A stretch of 64,000 nucleotides of DNA, from positions 17,459 through 81,458 of the forward strand of contig JANNBB010000064.1 of NCBI GenBank assembly GCA_031385005.1. Reading direction: 5' to 3'. Of this stretch, positions 56,512-64,000 are shown piece by piece. This stretch comes from Bacteroidota bacterium (GTDB taxonomy: Bacteria > Bacteroidota > Bacteroidia > AKYH767-A > 2013-40CM-41-45). The position numbers and the translations under genes were made by a program. Each line of letters opens with the position of its first letter. Position 1 is the stretch's first letter. The notes below the pieces were generated by a model. It was not told the origin of the DNA, searched no databases, and saw only the letters and a program-made list of their open reading frames with translations.

Positions 56512-57045
56512 ATGATAAAAAGCAGCAAGAAAATTGTAAAATTGATTTTTTCTTTTTTTATATGTGTCGGTATTTTTTCATGCAATAAAGATTCGGTTCA
56601 GCTTTCCGAAATGTCAGTTTATCTGCAAGATGCTCCGGCTCCAAGCTATGAAAAAATTAAAATTGAAGTGAAAGGAGTTTCAGTTTACTCTCAAGCTTTC
56701 GGTTCTTGGGTTACTCTTACCGTGAACAATGGGGTATTCGATTTGTTAACGTTGGATAGTCTTCATCAGGCATTTCTTGGCAAAATCAAATTATCAGGTG
56801 GTGATATTTCGCAGGTTCAGCTCTTAGTTGGAAGTAATAATAGCGTCACTGTAAATGGCATCGATTATCCCCTTTTACTTGATTCGTCCGATTTGGATAA
56901 ATTAAAAATAAAAATTGATAATGTGTCAAATAATGGCTCTTTCTATAAGATGACAATTGATTTTAAAGCATCTGAATCAATAGATTCAAATGGAAATATA
57001 TTTAAACTAAAAGCATCATTAAAAATTACTGTTAAGTCGGTCTGA
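56512..57045 (+). CDS. DUF4382 domain lipoprotein
   Basis: Lipobox IFS-C, VYLQDAP, FDLL.L, SQV.L.VG.NN and IDF.ASESI; TATCTTTG box at 56461-68. Confidence 0.8.
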   Translation: MIKSSKKIVKLIFSFFICVGIFSCNKDSVQLSEMSVYLQDAPAPSYEKIKIEVKGVSVYSQAFGSWVTLTVNNGVFDLLTLDSLHQAFLGKIKLSGGDISQVQLLVGSNNSVTVNGIDYPLLLDSSDLDKLKIKIDNVSNNGSFYKMTIDFKASESIDSNGNIFKLKASLKITVKSV

Positions 57046-57192
57046 GAAAAGTGAGATTTTATAAACTAATGTATCCCTTGGTGTAACATTTGTTTGTAAA
57101 AATCCAAACACAATTAAACTTGCGATTTACTTAGAGCTAACCGGTCGCTTTGCTATTGTCGTCTAAGTTATAAGTAGTTAAATCTAAATTAT

Positions 57193-57924
57193 TTATTGCA
57201 ATAAATTCATTGAAAAAATTTCGCAGAGGTAACCTTTTAGCTTTTTCTTAACTTCATCAATATCTACTTTTTTTCCCAATTCTTTTTCCAGAGAAGTAAC
57301 AGATTTATCGCGAATGCCGCAAGGAATGATGTTATTGAAGTACTCAAGATTCGTATTCACATTAAAAGCAAAACCATGCATGGTTACCCAGCGTGAGCAA
57401 CGCACTCCGAAAGCACAAATTTTTCTCGCTCGTTTCGGTTCATTTTCGTCGAGCCATACACCTGTGCAACCGGGAATTCGCCCTGCATTTATGCCGTAAT
57501 CTTTCAGGGTTAGAATAATTGCTTCTTCGAGAAAGCGGAGGTATTTATGGATATCCGTAAAAAATAAATCGAGGTCGAGTATGGGATAGCCGACGATTTG
57601 TCCGGGCCCGTGATAGGTAATATCGCCGCCTCTGTTGTTGCGGTAAAAAGTAGCATGAATTTTTGGAAGATCTTTTTCCGGAACGATTAAGTTTTTTTCA
57701 TCGCCGCTACGTCCGAGTGTATATACATGAGGGTGTTCGCAGAAGAGTAAAAAATGTTGTTGCGGAAGCTTATCTTCTTCGGTGGCCGTCCGGTTAATTA
57801 ATTTACGATCCACAACTTCATTGAAAAGTTTTTCCTGTAACTCCCATGCTTCGGCATAATCAATTAATCCGAGGTCACGGAAGAGGACATTTTGTTTTTC
57901 AATAATAGTTCTCTCCTGAATCAT
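57193..57924 (-). CDS. lipB: Lipoyl(octanoyl) transferase
   Basis: CEHPHVYTLG, RGGDITYHGPGQ.VGYP, RKICAFGV, TMHGFAFN and I.PCG. Confidence 0.96.
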   Translation of the reverse strand: MIQERTIIEKQNVLFRDLGLIDYAEAWELQEKLFNEVVDRKLINRTATEEDKLPQQHFLLFCEHPHVYTLGRSGDEKNLIVPEKDLPKIHATFYRNNRGGDITYHGPGQIVGYPILDLDLFFTDIHKYLRFLEEAIILTLKDYGINAGRIPGCTGVWLDENEPKRARKICAFGVRCSRWVTMHGFAFNVNTNLEYFNNIIPCGIRDKSVTSLEKELGKKVDIDEVKKKLKGYLCEIFSMNLLQ

Positions 57925-57975
57925 AATAATTAAAATTGTTTCTCTCCGGGATTTTAGGCCGTAGTTTATAAAATA

Positions 57976-58968
57976 TTAAATTTTTGAGAGTTCACCTTTT
58001 AAGTGGTTGATGATATTTACTTCCATTGCATCGATCTTGCGTTTGTCTGCAATCATTACAGAAATATAATCTGTCAGATGGATGAGGTAAAGTGCACGTT
58101 CAAGATGAGAGTTACCTTTCGACCACACTTCTAAGCAATGCGGAGTATATTTTTTGAAAACTTCTGTACTGATAGCAAGTCGTGCCTGAGTACGAGAGTA
58201 GTCGGTCTTGTTGCGAAGAATGATCACAGCGAGGTTTTCATATTTTGAAGCCCAGCCGACAAGTTCATTGTGATTCATCTCCGGTAAAATATTGTGCCAG
58301 CAAAGCATCTTTGAATTCTCATTGATCTGTTGACGGAATCGTGTCGCAACGCCATTGTATCCATCCACTGCATAGATCACCGGAATTTTTCCTGAGAGAA
58401 AATCACTTGCTTGTTGAGCTTCGTTTAAAATAGTTTTCTTCTCACTTTCGAGTAAGGCGATAGAGTCAGAAAGTTGTTTCCGAAAATCACCGCTAATCAG
58501 TCCGAAACTATTTAATACATAAAAGAGCTGAACCATCGAATAACCCAGACAAGCACGAGGCGGCATTCCGCCGGGAATCAGAATCAAATCTAGATTTTTA
58601 GACTTTGCTATATCAGCGATTTTTCCTCCGGAAGTAATGCAAACAATCGTCGCATTTTTTGAAATCGCCGCTTCCAGAGCTTGCAAAGTTTCCTCTGTAT
58701 TTCCCGAATAGGAACAAACGATCACCAGCGTGTCTGTATCCACAAAAGCAGGAATAAAATAATCTTTATTTACAGATACAGGGACCGGACATTCTCCTGA
58801 AATTATTTCTGCAACGATCGTCCCTCCAATACCCGATCCACCGAGTCCGGTAATCAGTACATTTTTTATCGTTGTTTTTGATTTATTAAGCCGTATTTTT
58901 TCTCCTATTCCAATTGCTTCTTTCAATTGTTCAGGGAAATTTTCAACCAAACGCGTCATTTCATTCAT
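57976..58968 (-). CDS. Bifunctional phosphoglucose/phosphomannose isomerase (SIS family)
   Basis: GLGGSGIGG, SYSGNTEET, PPRACL, QINENSK and PEMNHNE.VGW. Confidence 0.92.
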   Translation of the reverse strand: MNEMTRLVENFPEQLKEAIGIGEKIRLNKSKTTIKNVLITGLGGSGIGGTIVAEIISGECPVPVSVNKDYFIPAFVDTDTLVIVCSYSGNTEETLQALEAAISKNATIVCITSGGKIADIAKSKNLDLILIPGGMPPRACLGYSMVQLFYVLNSFGLISGDFRKQLSDSIALLESEKKTILNEAQQASDFLSGKIPVIYAVDGYNGVATRFRQQINENSKMLCWHNILPEMNHNELVGWASKYENLAVIILRNKTDYSRTQARLAISTEVFKKYTPHCLEVWSKGNSHLERALYLIHLTDYISVMIADKRKIDAMEVNIINHLKGELSKI

Positions 58969-59167
58969 AGATAGGGGTTTTCAGCAACAAAAATAGTTAA
59001 ATTTTAATGGTAAATGATAAGTCGAAAGCCATAAGTTGACCGTTGAAAGGCACCTAATAATTTAAAAAGCAAAAGGGTAAAAAACGAACCAATTTATCCA
59101 CTCCTTTCGATGGTCGATTTCTGACTTTTAACTTTAGTTTTTGACTTTTTACTTCGCTCAACAGTCT

Positions 59168-59175
59168 TATCTTTG
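59168..59175 (+). promoter_or_regulatory. -7 promoter box TATCTTTG of lysS
   Basis: TAnnTTTG 18 nt before the ATG at 59194. Confidence 0.5.
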
Positions 59176-59193
59176 CACCACAATCTAAAAAAA

Positions 59194-60717
59194 ATGGAAT
59201 TAAGCGAGCAGGAACTTATACGTCGTCAAAAGCTGGATGATTTGTTGGAGCATGGAATAAATCCCTATCCTGCTGAACTTTGGGATATTACCCATTCCTC
59301 TAAAGACATTTTAGCCAATTTCCCTTCCAATCCGGATAATTTCAAAAACGTTCAAATTGCCGGCAGGGTTATGAGCGTTCGCGATATGGGAAAAGCATCC
59401 TTTGCTGTTTTGCAGGATTCCGCAGGCCGTATTCAGGTTTATGTTAGACGCGATGATATTTGTCCGGGCGAAGATAAATCAGCTTATGATTTTGTATTTA
59501 AAAAAGGCCTAGACATTGGCGACATCATAGGCGTAAAAGGATATGTATTTGTAACAAAAGTAGGTGAGACGAGCATTCATGTTACTGAATTTAAATTATT
59601 GAGTAAAGGATTGAGGCCGTTGCCAATCGTTAAGAAAGATGCGGATGGAAATGTGCACGATGCATTTACCGATCCGGAAATGCGTTATCGTCAGCGTTAT
59701 GTTGATCTCATCGTGAATCCGGAGGTGAAAGAAGCATTTATCAAACGTACAGCGCTCACGAATTCAATGAGAAAATTTCTCAATGAAAAAGAATATTTAG
59801 AAGTAGAAACACCAATCCTTCAGCCCTTATACGGTGGTGCAGCAGCTCGTCCTTTCAAGACACATCACAACACATTGGACATGACACTTTATTTGCGAAT
59901 TGCAAATGAATTGTATTTGAAACGCCTCATCGTTGGTGGCTTTGATGGAGTGTATGAATTTGCGAAGGACTTCCGCAATGAAGGGATGTCGCGTTTTCAT
60001 AATCCTGAATTTACACAGATGGAATTATACGTAGCATACAAAGACTACGAATGGATGATGAATCTGGTAGAAGAAATGGTTGAGCGTATTGCATTGGACA
60101 TTCACGGAAAAACAGAAATTCAGGTTGGTGACCATACGATAAATTTCAAACGACCATGGAAACGTTATACGATGTATGGAGCGATTGCTCATTACACAGG
60201 AGTGGATATAACTGAAATGACTGAAGCTGAAATTGCAAACGTCGCAAAGGATTTGGGAATTCATATTGATAAGTCAATGGGACGAGGAAAATTGATTGAT
60301 GAAATATTCGGAGAGAAATGTGAGCCGAATCTTATTCAGCCAACCTTTATCACCGACTATCCGGTGGAGATGAGTCCGCTCGCAAAGAAACACCGCAGCA
60401 AACCCGGACTCGTTGAACGATTTGAAGCAATATGCAACGGAAAAGAAATTTGCAATGCATTCTCCGAGCTCAACGACCCAATCGATCAGCGTAAGCGTTT
60501 TGAAGATCAATTGGAATTAGGAAAGCGCGGAGACGAAGAAGCGATGCAGCTCGACGAAGATTTTCTACGTGCATTGGAATTCGGGATGCCACCAACAGCA
60601 GGATTGGGTATTGGCATCGATCGACTTTCAATGATCATGACGAATTCTCCTTCGATACAGGATGTATTATTCTTCCCTCAAATGAGACCGGAGAAAATTA
60701 GTCAATTAGCTGATTAG
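59194..60717 (+). CDS. lysS: Lysine--tRNA ligase (class II)
   Basis: Start MELSEQE preferred; [32 protein letters not shown] and GMPPTAG.GIGIDR. Confidence 0.98.
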   Translation: MELSEQELIRRQKLDDLLEHGINPYPAELWDITHSSKDILANFPSNPDNFKNVQIAGRVMSVRDMGKASFAVLQDSAGRIQVYVRRDDICPGEDKSAYDFVFKKGLDIGDIIGVKGYVFVTKVGETSIHVTEFKLLSKGLRPLPIVKKDADGNVHDAFTDPEMRYRQRYVDLIVNPEVKEAFIKRTALTNSMRKFLNEKEYLEVETPILQPLYGGAAARPFKTHHNTLDMTLYLRIANELYLKRLIVGGFDGVYEFAKDFRNEGMSRFHNPEFTQMELYVAYKDYEWMMNLVEEMVERIALDIHGKTEIQVGDHTINFKRPWKRYTMYGAIAHYTGVDITEMTEAEIANVAKDLGIHIDKSMGRGKLIDEIFGEKCEPNLIQPTFITDYPVEMSPLAKKHRSKPGLVERFEAICNGKEICNAFSELNDPIDQRKRFEDQLELGKRGDEEAMQLDEDFLRALEFGMPPTAGLGIGIDRLSMIMTNSPSIQDVLFFPQMRPEKISQLAD

Positions 60718-60745
60718 TTAATTCGTTAATTAGCTAATTAATAAT
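60703..60745 (+). repeat. Family B repeat, solo copy spanning the lysS stop
   Basis: 60719-60739 is identical to 42688-42708. Confidence 0.75.
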
Positions 60746-60802
60746 TATAAAATTATTTGTCACACAGTAATTAACAAAAGTCTGATTTAAAAAAGAAATA
60801 AA

Positions 60803-61204
60803 ATGAACAACAACAAAGTATCGACTTTATTCTGTTTCTTATTTTTGGTTTTAACTTTCAGTTCTTCCTGTCAGCAACCATCTCCTTATATAAAATTGGT
60901 AACTCCTGATTCGCTGAACCAGATTCTTCAGGGAAAACACGGCATATTGCTTGACGTGCGTACTCCCGGAGAATTTAAGAAAGGTCATATTCCCGGAGCT
61001 GTCAACATCGATTTTTTTAACGACGGATTTACTGCGGCGCTTGATACTTTGGATAAGAATGTTCAGTATGAAGTGTATTGTCATTCCGGCGGACGCAGCG
61101 GTGAAGCTACGGAGTTAATGAAGAATAAGGGCTTCACAAAACTGATTGATTTAGATGGTGGTTATTCCAAATGGCAATCAAAGGGTTTTCCAACTGTTAA
61201 ATAG
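60803..61204 (+). CDS. Rhodanese-like domain lipoprotein
   Basis: SSS-C lipobox, LLDVRTP.EF..GHIPGA.NI and VYCHSGGRS. Confidence 0.9.
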   Translation: MNNNKVSTLFCFLFLVLTFSSSCQQPSPYIKLVTPDSLNQILQGKHGILLDVRTPGEFKKGHIPGAVNIDFFNDGFTAALDTLDKNVQYEVYCHSGGRSGEATELMKNKGFTKLIDLDGGYSKWQSKGFPTVK

Positions 61205-61282
61205 ATGTTGATTTTGATTATTGAATTCAATGATCATCCTTTTTTGCTGTAGCATCAATTCAAATTCTGATTACTTTTTTTA

Positions 61283-62449
61283 TTATTTACCGGAAGGAAC
61301 AGGAGTCACTGTATCGGATTTAGACACCTTGTTTTCCCATATTTTTTTCATAAGGAAAAAAGCTAAAAGCAAACATAATAACGTTCCTCCAATACCAACA
61401 ATAAAGGCCAAAAACTCATTACCATTACAAGAAAGGCTACAGGTTATACCTAAAATAATAAATTCTAATAATAGAACAAATGAAAGAGCCAGTATTGTCA
61501 AAAGTATTTTGCCGATAATTTGCCAAGTTCGTTTACTCTGCTTTTCATTCGTTGATTTATCATCAGCGAAATTACTTTTTTGATAATTATTGAAATCACT
61601 GTTGACGTCTGCGGAAGTAAATATTACCGGTACGGAAGGGATTCCAGTTTCATAAACCGAATTGAGGAGCGGAAAATATTCTCTATTACCGAGAGCTTGA
61701 TTTCCGATACTGGCCATCAGAAAGAATCCACCCATAGATAAAATTAGGTCATGCGTTTTTTGTCTGATGTAGTTGCGTTTTTCTGAGTTGCCCGATTTCT
61801 TCAATGATGGATACAAAGTAGCACTAAGTAAAGAAGCGCCAATCAATGAATAGGTTGTTGTATTTGTAAGTAGTAAATCATTTTCGAAAAGAAGTTTACC
61901 GGCGTACAATCCAAGACCGGCTAAAACTACTTTCAATCCGGCCAATACCATTCGGGAAGTTCGTTTGTTGTTTTTTGCCCAGTAGGAAATATTTTTTGCC
62001 TGATCTGTTTTGGTTTTTAACAATCCGAAAGTCAGCAGTCCAATTAGTCCGCCAAAGAGAAGATACCATCCATCGGTTGATTGTTTTACTGGTGTTTTTT
62101 TCTCTTCGCTGACTGATGGAGGGACATGTATATTTACTTCACCTACTTTTTTATTTTTCTCGAATTGATTGTACTGGATGTGTTTAGTTGAATTTATTTC
62201 TCCTGATGCAATTGTTTCAAGAGAAACGTTTTTTAGTTTCGGAAAAAGGGAATCCCCGTTGGTTTTTAATATGTTGATTTTTTTATGCGGAATTAGATGA
62301 ACATATTCTTCTTTGTTTATTTGCGTCGATTTCTTTTTACTTCCGACCCAATCAATGTGATAACCGGCTTGATAGTGTCGTTTTTCGATGGAACACGATA
62401 GGAGCAAGAATATTAAATCAAGAAAAAATAAAAGCTTTAATATTTTCAT
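61283..62449 (-). CDS. Hypothetical membrane protein with lipoprotein-like N-terminus
   Basis: Start MKILK preferred; LLS-CSIEKRHY..GYHIDW, a charged linker, several TMs and a Cys-containing C-terminal hairpin (CSLSCNG). Confidence 0.7.
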   Translation of the reverse strand: MKILKLLFFLDLIFLLLSCSIEKRHYQAGYHIDWVGSKKKSTQINKEEYVHLIPHKKINILKTNGDSLFPKLKNVSLETIASGEINSTKHIQYNQFEKNKKVGEVNIHVPPSVSEEKKTPVKQSTDGWYLLFGGLIGLLTFGLLKTKTDQAKNISYWAKNNKRTSRMVLAGLKVVLAGLGLYAGKLLFENDLLLTNTTTYSLIGASLLSATLYPSLKKSGNSEKRNYIRQKTHDLILSMGGFFLMASIGNQALGNREYFPLLNSVYETGIPSVPVIFTSADVNSDFNNYQKSNFADDKSTNEKQSKRTWQIIGKILLTILALSFVLLLEFIILGITCSLSCNGNEFLAFIVGIGGTLLCLLLAFFLMKKIWENKVSKSDTVTPVPSGK

Positions 62450-62816
62450 TGTGTACAGTAATAAAAAAATGTGACAGAGAATCAATTCAAACATATTCTT
62501 TATTTAAGAAGATTCCAAATGAATTGAAGTTTCTTGTAAATAATTGGATTTTCAAAAAGAGCAATAAAGCATGACTTTTAGGTTTAATTTGTTTCAGGAG
62601 GTAGTAAAAACAATTGATATCAACGAATTTGAATGATGTCTACATTTTAGTTTTATCTTAACAGTCAGATTTCAGTTATTCAACCTTCAAAAGCCGGAAT
62701 TCACCAAATTCGTATTTGAGGTATTAAATTATGTTGCCTACCTTCATTCTAAGTGGAAAATTTGCATTGCAGCAAAGGATGATTAATTAATTTTTTTATT
62801 TCGTAAACTCTAGGCT

Positions 62817-64000
62817 ATGAAGAAAATATTTACTTTAATAATTGGAATCACACTTACCTTATCGGTTAAATCTCAGTTCACGGTAAATTATGAAAACAGT
62901 TTTCGAAACTGGATGCCCGGACAAGGTTGGGTGATGATTAATAACGATACTATTCCAACATCACCCGGACTCATTACTCAGAGCTACAATACGGAAGTTT
63001 TGGAATATATGTTGGGCGTAAACACATTAACAGGACTGGCAGACAAAATTATATTTAGTCCGGCAATTATTTTGGGAAGTAACCCACATTTACTTTTTTA
63101 TTCCAGTCATAATGCAGCAGCGGAGTTTACTGCCTGGGTTGGAAGAGACGAAAACGACACCACGCTTTCGGGATTGACCGATAGTTTGGCTCTCTGTAAG
63201 TCCAATGGCTTCAATGCAGTTAACCTGAATGCTTTTGCAAACGATACCGTTAGAATTGTTTTTCGTTTAAAAGGTGTGGATGTAAGAGGGCACATCGATA
63301 ACATTCGCATAATGAATAAATATTCGCTCGGATATATTCCTGATAATTGTTTCAGAAGCTATGCAATGGCATTAATTCCAAATGCATTTGCCGGTGACAG
63401 CATTGATTACTTACACGAAGATGTTTTGAATACAACACAAATTATTCATACCAATAGCTGTATTCAATCGCTCGAAGGACTTCAATATTTCGTTTTTTTG
63501 AAATATCTGAATGTCTCTGATAATTTTATTTCGGACATGCCTTCAAACCCACTTTACTATCTCGATTCAATAGATGTAAGTGTGAACCAATTGCCATTTG
63601 TTCCCAACATGCCAATTTGTACACGATTGAATCTTAACAATAATCTCATCAGAAAAATCCCTGACATCTATAACCAGGCCGTAAGTAAATTTCATGCAAG
63701 AAATAATTTAATTTACGATTGCCTTCCGGGGTCAAACCGCTTTGTGAGTGGGGATTTCTACGGCAATATTCAAGTTGATCTAGGCACTTATTATTATTAC
63801 AGTAACCCAAACTATTATATTAATATGCCACCTATAACACAATGTTCGCAAGCATTGGGTTATTTAAGAGGAAGTGTATATTTCGATATGAATCAGAATG
63901 GAATGAGAGATCCCTCTGATATACTAATTACAAACCAAAGAATAAATTTTACTCAAGGGCCGGATATCTATACAAACCTTCAGGGAAATTATTCAATTAC
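62817..64000 (+). CDS. Exported protein with leucine-rich repeats and an SdrD-B-like domain start, 3' end beyond the window (probable T9SS cargo)
   Basis: Not in the ORF track. MKKIFTLIIGITLTLSVKS-Q signal, LRR units LEGLQYF..LKYLNVSDNFISDMP / IDVSVNQLPFVP / LNLNNNLIRKIP, and GSVYFDMNQNG.RD. Confidence 0.85.
   Translation, partial: MKKIFTLIIGITLTLSVKSQFTVNYENSFRNWMPGQGWVMINNDTIPTSPGLITQSYNTEVLEYMLGVNTLTGLADKIIFSPAIILGSNPHLLFYSSHNAAAEFTAWVGRDENDTTLSGLTDSLALCKSNGFNAVNLNAFANDTVRIVFRLKGVDVRGHIDNIRIMNKYSLGYIPDNCFRSYAMALIPNAFAGDSIDYLHEDVLNTTQIIHTNSCIQSLEGLQYFVFLKYLNVSDNFISDMPSNPLYYLDSIDVSVNQLPFVPNMPICTRLNLNNNLIRKIPDIYNQAVSKFHARNNLIYDCLPGSNRFVSGDFYGNIQVDLGTYYYYSNPNYYINMPPITQCSQALGYLRGSVYFDMNQNGMRDPSDILITNQRINFTQGPDIYTNLQGNYSI

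Noticed and set aside
29490-60745. Family A or B repeats as CRISPR repeats or integron attC sites
   Set aside because: They are dispersed single or paired copies, not regularly spaced arrays. No RYYYAAC/GTTRRRY-bounded cassette series and no integrase were seen.
125-63310. Numerous short overlapping or antisense ORFs in the track (for example 125-499, 2892-3275, 3450-3638, 8049-8312, 15885-16274, 28121-28432, 52568-53062, 61221-61583, 63107-63310)
   Set aside because: They are shadows of well-supported genes on the other strand or frame, with no motifs of their own.

Overview
Chromosomal window of an AT-rich Bacteroidota bacterium. Support: gldH, five complete T9SS type A C-terminal sorting domains, TAnnTTTG promoter boxes, and signal peptides ending just before Gln. 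Core genes include holB, ricT, gldH, pgk, pheS, lysS, lipB, scoA/scoB and pgi/pmi. Accessory content comprises T9SS cargo genes (6.2-22.6 kb, and probably a partial gene at the right edge), a surface glycosylation/O-acetylation region (34.4-51.3 kb: AlgJ-MBOAT-AlgJ, GT-C enzymes, GT2s, a STELLO/DUF288 protein), a decayed toxin-antitoxin pair and several families of palindromic repeats. Strongest observations: (1) An (ACTC)9 tetranucleotide tract lies inside the signal peptide of a ~1000-aa T9SS cargo gene and currently leaves it out of frame; 7 or 10 units would restore it, which suggests a phase-variable contingency locus. (2) A four-helix-bundle cassette bounded by 25-bp inverted repeats sits exactly between the scoA stop and the scoB start, and solo or empty copies of the repeat occur at three other gene boundaries. 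(3) A REP/MITE-like palindrome family is present, and one copy appears split around a 6S-like RNA and the TA module. (4) An intradiol dioxygenase combines a Tat-like signal with a T9SS CTD. No tRNA, rRNA, CRISPR array, transposase, integrase or reverse transcriptase was recognised. All calls come from reading the sequence; no database searches were run.
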